DNA of 64,000 nt from Clostridia bacterium (GCA_045545475.1 JAZQAZ010000030.1:32001-96000); one strand, 5' to 3'. Positions 30,528 to 41,574 are shown, numbered from the stretch's first letter. Numbers and translations: made by a program. Notes: generated from the letters alone by a model not told the origin.

Positions 30528-31379
30528 ATGACAGATTATAATAAAATGCCCGCCGAAATGCTGGGCGAAGGAAGCACAATTAAACTTGAGCGCTGCGAAA
30601 CAGAGGTTGACCTTTACTGGCGTGTTGCCATGGATGTTCTTTCCGTTATAGAGGAAAACAACAAAAAGGGAGAACCCACAATAATGGTTGTTCCCTACGG
30701 TCCACTTGGTCCCTATGCGAGAATAGTTTACCTTGTAAATAAGTACCGCATAAGCCTTAAAAACTGTACGTTCATAAATATGGACGAGTATCTTGACGAT
30801 AACGACGAATATTTAGATAAGGCAGACCCCTTATCATTCCGTGGCGGAATGGACAGAATTTTCTATTCACAGATTGATGAGGAGCTTAACGTTCTTCCCG
30901 AAAACAGATATTTCCCCGATCCCAAAAATCCCGGCAAGGTTATGGAGCTTATAGAAAAAGCAGGCAAGCTTGACCTTGTTTTCGGCGGTGTAGGAATAAA
31001 CGGTCACTATGCATTTAACGAGCCTCCGGAGGAAGGCGAGGTTGTCACGGCTGAGGAATTTTTAAGCCGCCCCACAAGAATCCTTAACGTATCAAGAGAA
31101 ACAAGAACAATCAACGCATATATGAATGCAGGCGGAAACTTTGACGCCATTCCCAAAAAGTGCATAACCGTCGGTATGAAGGAAATGTTTATGGCAAAAA
31201 AGGTAATTATGTGTATGCCCCGTGACTGGCTGGCAGGTGCTCTTCGTAAGGTTATTCACGGAGAAGTTTCTCCATATGTTCCCTGCTCACTTTTCCGCCT
31301 TCATAAAGATGCTACCGTTTATGCCTGCCCCGATGCATTAAAAACTCCCCTTCCCGAAATAAGAATTTATAACAAGTGA
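30528..31379 (+). CDS. Glucosamine-6-phosphate deaminase/isomerase-like protein (divergent NagB family)
   Basis: FINMDEY, GGVGINGHYAFNEP, ITVGMKE and PCSL. ATG at 30528. Confidence 0.8.
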   Translation: MTDYNKMPAEMLGEGSTIKLERCETEVDLYWRVAMDVLSVIEENNKKGEPTIMVVPYGPLGPYARIVYLVNKYRISLKNCTFINMDEYLDDNDEYLDKADPLSFRGGMDRIFYSQIDEELNVLPENRYFPDPKNPGKVMELIEKAGKLDLVFGGVGINGHYAFNEPPEEGEVVTAEEFLSRPTRILNVSRETRTINAYMNAGGNFDAIPKKCITVGMKEMFMAKKVIMCMPRDWLAGALRKVIHGEVSPYVPCSLFRLHKDATVYACPDALKTPLPEIRIYNK

Positions 31380-31380
31380 T

Positions 31381-32550
31381 ATGAAGACATTTATTAAAAA
31401 CGGAACCGTTTTCAAAGAGGGCGGCATTTCTGACGGCATACTCGTTATCGAGGACGGAAAAATTATCGATACGGATTACTTTGGTGAAATCCCCGAAAAC
31501 TCACGGGTTATCGATGCCAAAGGCAATTACGTAATGCCCGGCTTTGTCGAGATTCACGCCCACGGCGGTGGCGGTGCCGACTTTATGGATAAAACGGCTG
31601 ATGCCTTTGAAACGGTAGCGAAAACCCACAGAAAATGCGGCACCACAACGATTTTACCCACCACTGTTGCCGCAAGCTATGAATCTTTATTAAAGGTGTT
31701 TGAAACCTATCGCAAAGTTTCTGCTTCAAAGACCATAAATTTCGGTGGACTTCACTTAGAGGGTCCATTTATCTCCATGGAAATGAAGGGCGCACAAAAC
31801 CCCGCCTTTATAAGAAATCCCGAAAAGGCAGAGGTTGATGCTTTGATAGAAGCAGGCGGTGACATTATTAAAAAATGCACCGTCGCGCCGGAAATTCTGG
31901 GAATCGACTATCTTGCAAAAAAGTTTACCGATAACGGAATTTATCTTTCATCGGGCCATTCAAACGGCACATTTACCGATATTGAAAAGGGCTTTTCTCT
32001 TGGCATACGCCACATCACCCATATGTATTCAAATACACCGACGGTGAGAAAAATCAATCAGACGGTTTATGCAGGAATTGTTGAAGCGGCGTATTACCTG
32101 GATGATATGCGAATCGAATTTATCGGCGACGGCTGTCATTTCCCGAAGGAAGCACTTAAAATGGCGGTGAAGATAAAGGGAATTGACAAAATCAATTTAA
32201 CCTCGGATGCTATGAGGGCGGCAGGAACTAACGCTTCCGAAAGCTATCTTGGCGAATGTCTGCCCGAAAACCGTGTTATCATCGAAGACGGTGTTGCAAA
32301 GCTCCCCGACAGAAGCTTTTTTGCAGGAAGCATCGCAACCGGAGACCGAATGCTTCGCTGGGCGCATTTTGATGCGGGACTCTCACTTTCTGATGCTCTT
32401 CGCCTTTTAACCTTATCTCCTTCAAAGGCAGTAGGTATTGATAAGGAAAAAGGAAGCATAAAAAAGGGCAAGGATGCGGATATAATCATCTTAAATAAAG
32501 ACCTTTTTGTTGAAGAAACCTATATTGCAAGGGATTTTAAGGAGGCTTAA
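31381..32550 (+). CDS. nagA: N-acetylglucosamine-6-phosphate deacetylase
   Basis: PGFVEIHAHGGGG, LHLEGPF, VAPE, GHSN, THMY, DGCH and AGS. Confidence 0.88.
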   Translation: MKTFIKNGTVFKEGGISDGILVIEDGKIIDTDYFGEIPENSRVIDAKGNYVMPGFVEIHAHGGGGADFMDKTADAFETVAKTHRKCGTTTILPTTVAASYESLLKVFETYRKVSASKTINFGGLHLEGPFISMEMKGAQNPAFIRNPEKAEVDALIEAGGDIIKKCTVAPEILGIDYLAKKFTDNGIYLSSGHSNGTFTDIEKGFSLGIRHITHMYSNTPTVRKINQTVYAGIVEAAYYLDDMRIEFIGDGCHFPKEALKMAVKIKGIDKINLTSDAMRAAGTNASESYLGECLPENRVIIEDGVAKLPDRSFFAGSIATGDRMLRWAHFDAGLSLSDALRLLTLSPSKAVGIDKEKGSIKKGKDADIIILNKDLFVEETYIARDFKEA

Positions 32551-32552
32551 AA

Positions 32553-34406
32553 ATGATTACTTTCAAAAACTTATTCCCCGAATTAAAAGAGGGCGTTGCG
32601 GAATACATAAAATTCCACAAAATTGAAGACCTTTCCCTTTCCGTGGAAATCTGTGAAAGCAAGGACAACACCCTGAAAATTGAAAAAAGCGGTGATGCCG
32701 TAAAGCTTAGTCTTCCCCGCCCTTTCACCCTTTTCCGCGCTCTTACCATAGTAAGATGCCATCTTGATGAGGATGTTTTCACCTACTCTGAAAAGCTTAT
32801 GTTTGACCTGGGCTGTCCTATGTTTGACGGCTCTCAGGCAAGCTCCTTAATGAATCTTGACACACTTAAAAAAATGACGGTTATTTTAGCCTCCATGGGC
32901 TTTAATTCCATGATGCTTTATATGGAAGACTGCTATGAAATTGAGGGCGAGCCATACTTTGGCAATATGCGACCGAGGTATAAAAAAGCAGAGCTGAAGG
33001 AAATCGACCGCTATGCCGCATCCTTCGGAATTGAGGTTATTCCCTGCATCCAGGCTCTTGCCCATATGACGGAAGCCCTTAAAAGAAAGCCTTATAAATC
33101 GATTGCCGACCGCGAAAACATAATGTCCCCGGCAGAGGATGCCACCTATGCCTTAATTGAAAAAATGCTTCAAACCACAAGAGAGTGCTTTAAGAGCGAC
33201 CGTATTCATATCGGTATGGATGAGGCGTGGGGTCTGGGAACAGGGGGCTACTTAAAGAAAATGGGTTATGTTCCCGCCACGGAAATTATGGCAGAGCATC
33301 TTAAAAAAGTTTCGGCACTATGCAGAAAGTATTCCTACAAGCCTATGATGTGGTGCGATATGTTCTTCCGTGCAAAGTCAAAAACCGACGACTATTTTGA
33401 TGAGGCGGTAACATTCACAGAAGAAGACAGGTTATCTGTTCCCGATGGTATGGCACTTTGCTACTGGGACTATTACAAGACAGATTCCGCCCACTACGAA
33501 AAATACATAGATAAGCTTTCCGTAATTTCCGACAACATAATTTTTGCAGGCTGTGCAAGAAATGTTCGAACCTTCGGAAATCACTTTGACCTCGGAAAAG
33601 TAACAACCGACGCCGCTATGGAAGCCTTGAAGAAAAAAGGGATAAGAGAATTTTTAGCAACGGTCTGGGGCGATGACCACAGGGAAAGCTCCACCTTCGC
33701 TGTCCTTACACAGCTTCAGCTTTTCGCCGAGCATATGTATTCTGAAAGCACACCCGATTTTGATATGGCAAAGCTTCATTTCGGTGCAAGTACAGATGTT
33801 CCCTGGGAAGCATTTTCGGATATTGATGCCATAGATTCCATCCCCGGCTATACCGAAGGTAAAAATTCACCTATGCCCATATCAAAAATGATTATGTGGC
33901 AGAATGTTTTAATGGGCCTTTTCGATTTTGATTTAAGGAACAAGGATTTTTACGCTCACTATAATGCCCTTAAAGATAAGTTTCTGGCATCTACTGAAAA
34001 ATATCCCGAATACTCCCACATTTTCAAGTTTTATTACAATGTTGCAAACGTGCTTAAAAACAAGGCTGAAATAGGTCTTAAGCTTAAAGATGCTTACGAT
34101 GCAAAGGACAAGGAAAAGCTTTCCTCTCTGCTTTGCACATTAAAAGAGCTTTACGATGATATGACTGCACTTCGCCTTGCCCACAGAGATTATTTCTATA
34201 CAGAATATAAGCCCATCGGCTGGGAAGTTCTTGACATCCGCTACGGTGGTGCTATAATGGGAATAGACACGGCGATAAAAAGAGTTACAGACTTCCTTGA
34301 AGGAAAAACCGACAGCATTGAAGAGCTTTCGGAAGAAAGGCTTCCCGACTGGTTTATAAACTATAAAAACATTTCAACGGCAAGCGGTATATCCACCGGT
34401 GTATAA
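32553..34406 (+). CDS. Beta-N-acetylhexosaminidase (GH20, GcnA-like)
   Basis: LYMED-x-YEI-x-GEPYFG, IPCIQALAH, HIGMDEA, MWCDMFF, YWDYY and GWEVLDIRYGG. Confidence 0.85.
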   Translation: MITFKNLFPELKEGVAEYIKFHKIEDLSLSVEICESKDNTLKIEKSGDAVKLSLPRPFTLFRALTIVRCHLDEDVFTYSEKLMFDLGCPMFDGSQASSLMNLDTLKKMTVILASMGFNSMMLYMEDCYEIEGEPYFGNMRPRYKKAELKEIDRYAASFGIEVIPCIQALAHMTEALKRKPYKSIADRENIMSPAEDATYALIEKMLQTTRECFKSDRIHIGMDEAWGLGTGGYLKKMGYVPATEIMAEHLKKVSALCRKYSYKPMMWCDMFFRAKSKTDDYFDEAVTFTEEDRLSVPDGMALCYWDYYKTDSAHYEKYIDKLSVISDNIIFAGCARNVRTFGNHFDLGKVTTDAAMEALKKKGIREFLATVWGDDHRESSTFAVLTQLQLFAEHMYSESTPDFDMAKLHFGASTDVPWEAFSDIDAIDSIPGYTEGKNSPMPISKMIMWQNVLMGLFDFDLRNKDFYAHYNALKDKFLASTEKYPEYSHIFKFYYNVANVLKNKAEIGLKLKDAYDAKDKEKLSSLLCTLKELYDDMTALRLAHRDYFYTEYKPIGWEVLDIRYGGAIMGIDTAIKRVTDFLEGKTDSIEELSEERLPDWFINYKNISTASGISTGV

Positions 34407-34443
34407 TATAAGCAAAATCCCATAAGGCTTAAGGAGGATAAGT

Positions 34444-35316
34444 ATGATTCAGAAGGGAATATTAGACGAAATCGGCTTTACTGCAGACTTAAACAGGCAA
34501 TACGAAAAATATAAAGCTATGTCAGGCGATGAACCCGATATTCTTGCAGACAGCTTTATGAAGGGCGAAAAGAATATAAAGACCGCAATAGAGGAAATGG
34601 ATGCGTCTGTTATGGGCGGCGTTCCCCAATATGCAAAGTATTTGCTTTTCTTTTTATCCTGCACAGGACCTTTGTATGAAAAGTACAAGGATAACGGCTA
34701 TTCCGATGAGCTTTATATTGACACAATGAAGGATATTTCATGTAAAGTAAACGAAAACCTTGATTTGTATGACGATATAGGTATCTCTTCTCCCAACTGG
34801 TTCAGCGATTACTTTAAATTGACAAGATTTGGCTTTGGCAGAATGCAGTTTGACATAACTCATCATCCGTGTGAAGCTGTAGAGATAGCAGGTCACATTG
34901 TAAATGAGGGCGACTTTATCATAAAGGGACACGTTCCCTCCACCGGTCCCCTTATTTACGAAGAGTGTATGAAATCCTATAAAAAAGCCTACGGGTTTGT
35001 GAAAGACAAATTTTCCGGCAATCTTTTGCCCGTGGAATACTGGTCGTGGATGCTTTTCCCGCACTATAAAGACTTTTTCGGCGAAGGCTCAAATTCAAAA
35101 AGATTTATTTCCGACTATAAGGTTTTCGGACACTTTGAAACAGATGTCTTCCACGATGCATGGAGAATATTCGGAAAAGATGCAGGTAAAGAAAAAGAAA
35201 ATTTGCCTTCCAAAACCAGCCTGCAAAGGAAATTCATTGAATATATCGGCCCCGGAAAGACTTACGGCTACGGTAAAGGAATATTTTTGTTTGACGGCGA
35301 AAATATAATTAAATAA
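34444..35316 (+). CDS. Putative acyltransferase (GNAT-like, DUF5596-type)
   Basis: FGFGRMQF, HVPSTGPL, SWML, SNSKRF and LPSKTSLQR pattern. Confidence 0.65.
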   Translation: MIQKGILDEIGFTADLNRQYEKYKAMSGDEPDILADSFMKGEKNIKTAIEEMDASVMGGVPQYAKYLLFFLSCTGPLYEKYKDNGYSDELYIDTMKDISCKVNENLDLYDDIGISSPNWFSDYFKLTRFGFGRMQFDITHHPCEAVEIAGHIVNEGDFIIKGHVPSTGPLIYEECMKSYKKAYGFVKDKFSGNLLPVEYWSWMLFPHYKDFFGEGSNSKRFISDYKVFGHFETDVFHDAWRIFGKDAGKEKENLPSKTSLQRKFIEYIGPGKTYGYGKGIFLFDGENIIK

Positions 35317-35391
35317 TTGCATAAATCCCTTTCCCGGAAAAACAAAAAAGCTCTTAGACATTTTTGTATATAAATAAGAAAGAAATTTCTC

Positions 35392-35420
35392 TTGCAAAAA
35401 ACGATTTTTTCTGCTATAAT
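35392..35420 (+). promoter_or_regulatory. SigmaA promoter for proS
   Basis: TTGCAA-17 bp-TATAAT with extended TG. Confidence 0.7.
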
Positions 35421-35507
35421 ACGCTTGGTATGCCATTTTCTTTCGAAAATGAGTATCAAGCGTGTTTTTTTCGTTAAATAATGTAATTTATATAAAGGGG
35501 ATTTTTT

Positions 35508-37202
35508 ATGAAAGCATCAAAATTACTTATGCCTACTTTAAGAGAGGCACCGGCAGAAGCCGAAATCGCAAGCCACGTTTTAATGATGCGTGCAGGTTTA
35601 ATCAGTAAGCTTGCCGCAGGCGTATATTCCTACCTTCCCTTAGGTCTTCGTGTCCTTCAGAACACCGAACGTATTATAAGAGAAGAAATGAACAAAGCAG
35701 GCGCACAGGAGCTTTTGATGAGTGCTCTTCTTCCTGCCGAGTGCTATCAGAAGTCCGGCAGATGGGACCGTTTCGGCGATGATATGTTCCGCCTTAAGGA
35801 CCGTAACAGCCGTGATTTCTGCTTAGGTCCCACTCACGAGGAAATTTTCACACAGACAGTTATTGACTCTGTTCATTCTTACAAGGATTATCCTTACACT
35901 CTCTATCAGATTCAGACCAAGTACCGTGACGAGCGTCGTCCCAGATTCGGCGTTATGAGAACAAGAGAGTTTCTGATGAAGGATGCATACAGCTTTGACA
36001 TTTCCAGAGAAGGACTTGATGAGTCCTACAAGGCAATGTATGACGCTTACAGAAAGACCTTTGACCGCATGGGACTTAACTATATGATAGTTGATGCAGA
36101 TACCGGTGCAATGGGCGGTTCCGGAAGCCAGGAATTTATGGTTATTTCCGATGTAGGAGAAGACACAATCGCATACTGCGAGGACTGCCGTTATTCCGCA
36201 AACATCGAAAAGGCTGTCTGCATAACAGGCGAAGCAGACAATTCCGAAATGCTTCCCATGAACAAGGTTGCTACTCCTGATGCAAAAACCATCGAAGAGG
36301 TTGCCGCATTCTTCGGAAAAGAGGCAAAGGACTTTGTTAAGACCATGATTTACAATGCAGAGGGTAAGCTTTATGCTGTACTTGTTCGCGGAGACAGAGA
36401 AATTAACGAGGTTAAGCTTGCAAATAAATTAGGCGTTGGCGAAGTTGCTCTTGCAGATCCCGCCGACGTAGTTGAAGTTACCAACGCAAAGGTTGGCTTT
36501 GCAGGCCCCGTTGGACTTAAGATTGACATCGTTGCAGACAACGAAGTTATGAAGATGCGTAACTTCATCGTTGGTGCAAATGAAACAGACTGCCACATCG
36601 AAAACGTAAATCCCGAAAGAGACTTTACTGCAGCAATTGTTGATGACATAAGAAACATTGAAGACGGCGACATCTGCCCCGTTTGCGGAAAGACCATTAA
36701 AACCGCTCAGGGCATCGAGGTTGGTCACATCTTCAAGCTCGGCACAAAGTATTCCGAGGCCTTAGGTCTTAACTATGTTGACGAGAAGGGCGAAGAAAAT
36801 CCCGTTATTATGGGTTGCTACGGCATAGGCATCAACAGATGCGTTGCCGCAATAATTGAGCAGAACAACGACGATGCCGGTATTATCTGGCCCATGGACG
36901 TTGCTCCCTACAAGGCAGTTGTTGTTCCCGTAAATGTTAAGGACGAAACTCAGCTTAACCTTGCAGAAAAGATTACAAAAGAGCTTGAAGATGCAGGTGT
37001 TGAAGTTATAATAGACGACAGAGACGAGCGTCCCGGCGTTAAATTCAAGGACTGGGATTTAATTGGTATTCCCGTAAGAATTACAGTTGGTAAGAAGGCT
37101 TCTGACGGTATCGTTGAATATAAGCTTCGTGCTGAAAAGGAATATACCGATATGACAGCGGAAGATGCTGTTAAGACAGCCCTTGACCTTATAAAGAAAT
37201 AA
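35508..37202 (+). CDS. proS: Proline--tRNA ligase (bacterial type with editing domain)
   Basis: [43 protein letters not shown] and MGCYGIG. Confidence 0.97.
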   Translation: MKASKLLMPTLREAPAEAEIASHVLMMRAGLISKLAAGVYSYLPLGLRVLQNTERIIREEMNKAGAQELLMSALLPAECYQKSGRWDRFGDDMFRLKDRNSRDFCLGPTHEEIFTQTVIDSVHSYKDYPYTLYQIQTKYRDERRPRFGVMRTREFLMKDAYSFDISREGLDESYKAMYDAYRKTFDRMGLNYMIVDADTGAMGGSGSQEFMVISDVGEDTIAYCEDCRYSANIEKAVCITGEADNSEMLPMNKVATPDAKTIEEVAAFFGKEAKDFVKTMIYNAEGKLYAVLVRGDREINEVKLANKLGVGEVALADPADVVEVTNAKVGFAGPVGLKIDIVADNEVMKMRNFIVGANETDCHIENVNPERDFTAAIVDDIRNIEDGDICPVCGKTIKTAQGIEVGHIFKLGTKYSEALGLNYVDEKGEENPVIMGCYGIGINRCVAAIIEQNNDDAGIIWPMDVAPYKAVVVPVNVKDETQLNLAEKITKELEDAGVEVIIDDRDERPGVKFKDWDLIGIPVRITVGKKASDGIVEYKLRAEKEYTDMTAEDAVKTALDLIKK

Positions 37203-37233
37203 TTCGTTTAACTTTCGAGAAAGGAGGGCCATC

Positions 37234-38226
37234 ATGCCCGGATTGATTCAGGAATTAGGTATTGACCTTGGCACAACCTCAGTTTTGGTTTATGTTCCAG
37301 ACAAGGGTGTTGTACTGCGTGAGCCCTCTTTAGTGGCGATAGACGCATCAAGCAAGAAGATCCGTGCGGTCGGAGATGCGGCACAGGTCATGCTTTCCAA
37401 AACTCCCGGTGAAGTTATTGCAATACGTCCCCTTAAAGACGGGGTAATTTCTGACTATTTCACAACGGAAAAAATGCTTCGAAACTTCCTTTTAAGATTG
37501 AACAAAAACAAAATATTAAAACCCAGAGTTGTAATTTGTGTTCCAAGCTCCGTAACGGAAGTTGAAAAAAGAGCCGTGGTAGAAGCGGCCGAAGCAGCAG
37601 GTGCAAGGCAGGCTCTGGTTATCGAAGAGCCTTTGGCCGCCGCAATCGGTGCAGGAATTGATATTTCACGTCCAATTGGTTCCCTTGTTGTTGATATCGG
37701 CGGCGGAACAACAGATACCGCAGTTATTTCCTTTGGCGGAATCGTAGTGTCAAATTCCATTAAAACTGCAGGAAACAGCTTTGATGAGGCTATCGTAAGA
37801 TACATAAGAGACAAATACGGCATCGCCATCGGCGAACGTACCGCAGAAAACATAAAAATAAATATCGGATGTGTATTTCCGAGAGATGAAGAACTCAGCA
37901 TGGATGTTCTTGGAAGAAGTCTGGTCTCTGGTCTTCCCAAAACAGTCAATGTCACAAGTTCCGAGCTTCTTGCTCCATTGGCAGAGTGCTTTTCAGACAT
38001 TATTGATTCGGTGCACACCACCCTTTCCCAGACTCCTCCGGAACTGGTTTCAGATATAAGCACCTCCGGAATAATGTTAACAGGAGGCGGAAGCCTTATA
38101 TCAGGATGCGAAAAGCTTCTCCAGAGAGAAACAGGCCTTTCCGTTACCCTTGCAGAAGATGCGGTTGCCTGTGTAGCTAAAGGAACGGGAATGGCCCTTT
38201 CCGTAACAGAATATATAAACCGATGA
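37234..38226 (+). CDS. MreB/Mbl family rod shape-determining protein
   Basis: GIDLGT, RPLKDGVI, EEPLAAAIGAG, DIGGGTTD and LTGGG. Confidence 0.92.
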   Translation: MPGLIQELGIDLGTTSVLVYVPDKGVVLREPSLVAIDASSKKIRAVGDAAQVMLSKTPGEVIAIRPLKDGVISDYFTTEKMLRNFLLRLNKNKILKPRVVICVPSSVTEVEKRAVVEAAEAAGARQALVIEEPLAAAIGAGIDISRPIGSLVVDIGGGTTDTAVISFGGIVVSNSIKTAGNSFDEAIVRYIRDKYGIAIGERTAENIKINIGCVFPRDEELSMDVLGRSLVSGLPKTVNVTSSELLAPLAECFSDIIDSVHTTLSQTPPELVSDISTSGIMLTGGGSLISGCEKLLQRETGLSVTLAEDAVACVAKGTGMALSVTEYINR

Positions 38227-40424
38227 GTATTTTAAACAGAAAACTTGCATTAATATTTACAGGGTTTACAGCGGGAGTATTTTTATATCAATACTCCCCT
38301 TTTCTTACCCTTATACTTTTGCCTCTCGCCTTAATTTCACTTAAAATCACAGGAAAGCGTGGCATAGTTTTAATTTTGACAGTTTCAATGTTCTTTCTGG
38401 GCGGGACATATACCCTTCTTACCGAAAAGATCGGCTATAGAAAAGCGGATAAAATAGCCGGAATTGAAACGGAAATCACCGGCACTGTCATTTCCATTCC
38501 GGAAGTCGAAAGTTATGGGCAAAGCGCTGTCTGCCGCACTAAATACGGTAAGATCCGCCTTATGACAAGCGAGCCGATTCTACGCTATAAAGACAACGTA
38601 ACCTTTACTTCCAAAAGCTATTATCCCGAAGAAAAAAGTCGCCCATTTGCCTTTGACTATCCATTATATTTAAAGAGCGAGGGGATTTACCTTCAGGCTT
38701 TCGCAAGCAAGCTTAGGGTAAATTCAAACAAGGCATCTTATCTTAATCCCATTGACGTCATAACTCTCCTTCGTTCCTCACTTATAAAGAAAGCAGATAT
38801 GCTTTGGTCTGGCGAAGCTTTGATGTTTTTCCGTGCCATACTTCTCGGTGATACCTCATATTCATCGGATGAATTCCGTGATAAGCTTTCTGAGGGCAGC
38901 ATATCTCACATAATTGCGGTTTCGGGAACTCACGTTTCCTTCGTCTGTGCCATGTTCTTACTTATCACCTCGACATTTGCAAAAAGGAAACGGTATCTAA
39001 ACCTTTTGTCAATTCCGCTGATTATTGCCTTTGTAATTCTTACAGGAGCATCTCCTTCATCTGTAAGAGCGGCACTAATGATGCTGTTTTATTTAATCGC
39101 CAAAAGTACCCTTTCCCATTATGACGGTTTTACAATTTTATCAACAGCATCATTTTTAATATTGATTACAAATCCCTTTACCGCTTTTTCCTTAAGCTTT
39201 ATTCTCTCTTTTTCAGCGGTTTTGGGTATACTTCTTTTCGCGAAACCGCTCTCGGATATATTTGTCCGTTTACATCTTAGTTTTATCGCAAAGGCCTTGG
39301 CTGTCACTTTATCTGCTCAGGTTTTCGCCATAATCTCGCTGTGCTTCTCCTTCGGCAGATTTCCTTTTGCTGCATTAATTGCAAATTTAGCAGCCGTTCC
39401 GCTGGTTCCTTTCATTATGACAGCAGGATATATCTCACTTATCATTGCTTTTATTTTCCCGGCATTTAATATAACGGCACTTTTAACCGAGGTTTTAATG
39501 GGACTTTGTATAGCAATTGCCGATTTTTCCGGAAAGCTTCCCCTTGCCAACATTTATCCCGTATTTTGCAATGTCTATGTATTCGCCTCAATCTTTATAT
39601 TTTTCACAGCAGCACTCACAGCCATTTTAATATATAAGGCAAAGAAGACTGCTGCCGTGTTTTTACTTCTTCTCCTTTTATCTGTCGGACTAAATCTTTA
39701 TCTTCCGGGAATATCGGGAGATAAAGCCTTTTACTTTGCCGACGCAGGCCATGGCGATTCCACATTTATATTCAATAAAACAACCTCCGTTATGGCAGAG
39801 TGTCTTTCTCCCGAGGACAAATTTGTTAAAAATACAGTTATTCCCATTTTAAGACAGCACGGACACTCCGAACTTGACGCTCTCATTCTCTCAGAATATG
39901 ACCCATATAACGAAGACGTAACCGAACTCACAAAAAACTTTCATGTAAAGGCTATTTATATACCAAGTGGTGCGGAATGTGAAAATCTCTCGGAAACTCT
40001 TAAACAGACAGATACAGAAATCATCTTCGTGTCCATGGGAGATTCTTTTCTGGTAGACGAAATTTCCATCACCGTCCCCTATTCGGAAGAAGGTTTTTGT
40101 TCCTATATAATAGACAATTCAGGAAAAACGCTTCTGCTTCCGGGGAATATGGAGGAAAAGACAGAAAAGCTTTTAGCAGAAAAAGCTTCCGACGTTGATA
40201 TATTAAAAGCTCCAAGACACGGAAATAAAGGCTCCTGCACAGAGGAGCTGCTTAATGCAACAAAACCTAACGCCGTGATTGTCAGCACAGGAAGAAAACT
40301 TTCCGACAATTTTAAATCCCGCCTTTCCTCATATGACGTTTACTCCACAAAGACAGGCGGCGACATAAGCATTGCAACAAAAAATAGAATAAAAATTTCT
40401 CCCTATAAGAAGGTGACAAAATGA
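38223..40424 (+). CDS. comEC: ComEC/Rec2 competence protein
   Basis: DUF4131-like region, HIIAVSGTHV, PSSVRA, SFILSF and a degenerate MBL C-terminus; upstream of holA. Confidence 0.88.
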   Translation: MSILNRKLALIFTGFTAGVFLYQYSPFLTLILLPLALISLKITGKRGIVLILTVSMFFLGGTYTLLTEKIGYRKADKIAGIETEITGTVISIPEVESYGQSAVCRTKYGKIRLMTSEPILRYKDNVTFTSKSYYPEEKSRPFAFDYPLYLKSEGIYLQAFASKLRVNSNKASYLNPIDVITLLRSSLIKKADMLWSGEALMFFRAILLGDTSYSSDEFRDKLSEGSISHIIAVSGTHVSFVCAMFLLITSTFAKRKRYLNLLSIPLIIAFVILTGASPSSVRAALMMLFYLIAKSTLSHYDGFTILSTASFLILITNPFTAFSLSFILSFSAVLGILLFAKPLSDIFVRLHLSFIAKALAVTLSAQVFAIISLCFSFGRFPFAALIANLAAVPLVPFIMTAGYISLIIAFIFPAFNITALLTEVLMGLCIAIADFSGKLPLANIYPVFCNVYVFASIFIFFTAALTAILIYKAKKTAAVFLLLLLLSVGLNLYLPGISGDKAFYFADAGHGDSTFIFNKTTSVMAECLSPEDKFVKNTVIPILRQHGHSELDALILSEYDPYNEDVTELTKNFHVKAIYIPSGAECENLSETLKQTDTEIIFVSMGDSFLVDEISITVPYSEEGFCSYIIDNSGKTLLLPGNMEEKTEKLLAEKASDVDILKAPRHGNKGSCTEELLNATKPNAVIVSTGRKLSDNFKSRLSSYDVYSTKTGGDISIATKNRIKISPYKKVTK

Positions 40425-41425
40425 ATTACAAAGAACTGAAAAAACAAATATCGGAAGGTCTTTCTTCTCTTTACTATTTCTACGGAGACGAAGCATATCT
40501 TAAGAATTATATGACCGAACGGCTAATAAAGGCGGCGGTAGACCCTGATTTTGCGGAATTTAACCATCTTACGTTAACATCAGAAACTATAACTCCCGAT
40601 GCAATTTCCGACTTTTTCGAAGCGTATCCCGTTATGAGTGAGCGAAAGCTTCTTCATATAAAGGATGCAGGTATCTTTAGTGCAAAAAGAAGCGACAAGG
40701 AAACCTATGCTGCCCTTTTATCAGATATTCCCGATTTTGTCACCGTTTTAATTACGGAGGATGCTCCCGACAAGCGTGGCCAGATGTATAAATCCCTTTC
40801 AAAAAAAGCTGTTATATGCGAATTTTCCTATCTTGAAAGACCGGATTTAAAGAGTCATGTATTAAAAAAGCTCTCTGCCGAAAAGAAGGAGATGGCCGCA
40901 TCAGACCTTGAATATTTCCTTGATCTTACCGGTCCCGACCTTACAAACATACGTCTTGAAGCAGAAAAGCTTATTGCCTTTACCGGCAACCGTGAAAAAA
41001 TCACACGTGATGACATCGATAAAAATATACAGCCCCCTCTCCTTTCAAAAATTTACGATATTTCTGAGGCTGTTCTTTCCAAAAACGGAGAATATGCACT
41101 GAAGCTTTTATCCGATTTACAGAAAGGTAATGAATCAGCCTTAAGAATTTTATCTGTCCTGGCTTCATATTTTTCTGACCTTTACAGAGCATATATTCTT
41201 TCAAGAGAAAATATGAGTTACCCTGAAATGGTTGCGGCAATGAATCTTCCTCCCCAGAGGAAATTTGTGGCAGACAAAATGTTCAGAAGAGTAAAAAGTG
41301 TAAATCCCGACTTTTTAAGAGAATGTATTTCCGAATGCACAAAGGCAGAAAACGATGTTAAAAACGGCCTTATTTCTGAATGGAGAGCTCTTCAGCTTGT
41401 TGTGCTTAAATTTTTAGGGCGGTAA
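40421..41425 (+). CDS. holA: DNA polymerase III delta subunit
   Basis: YYFYGDEAYL, YPVMSERKL, DKR and EAEKL; canonical comEC-holA linkage. Confidence 0.88.
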   Translation: MNYKELKKQISEGLSSLYYFYGDEAYLKNYMTERLIKAAVDPDFAEFNHLTLTSETITPDAISDFFEAYPVMSERKLLHIKDAGIFSAKRSDKETYAALLSDIPDFVTVLITEDAPDKRGQMYKSLSKKAVICEFSYLERPDLKSHVLKKLSAEKKEMAASDLEYFLDLTGPDLTNIRLEAEKLIAFTGNREKITRDDIDKNIQPPLLSKIYDISEAVLSKNGEYALKLLSDLQKGNESALRILSVLASYFSDLYRAYILSRENMSYPEMVAAMNLPPQRKFVADKMFRRVKSVNPDFLRECISECTKAENDVKNGLISEWRALQLVVLKFLGR

Positions 41426-41452
41426 AAACTTTCAAAAAAATTAAAATAACCC

Positions 41453-41481
41453 TTGACTTTTTCTAACTTTTGTAGTATTAT
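41453..41481 (+). promoter_or_regulatory. SigmaA promoter for tRNA-Arg
   Basis: TTGACT-17 bp-TATTAT, 13 nt upstream of the tRNA. Confidence 0.65.
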
Positions 41482-41494
41482 CATAATGTTGTAT

Positions 41495-41571
41495 GCGCCG
41501 TTAGCTCAGCTGGATAGAGCGTTTGGCTACGGACCAAAAGGTCGGGGATTCGAATTCTCCACGGCGCACCA
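41495..41571 (+). tRNA. tRNA-Arg (anticodon ACG)
   Basis: Acceptor stem GCGCCGT/ACGGCGC, D arm, anticodon arm TTTGG-CTACGGA-CCAAA, T loop TTCGAAT and encoded CCA. Confidence 0.97.
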
Positions 41572-41574
41572 ATT

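Noticed and set aside
35317-35507. T-box riboswitch upstream of proS
   Set aside because: The leader is too short (about 80 nt after the promoter) and lacks the T-box consensus.
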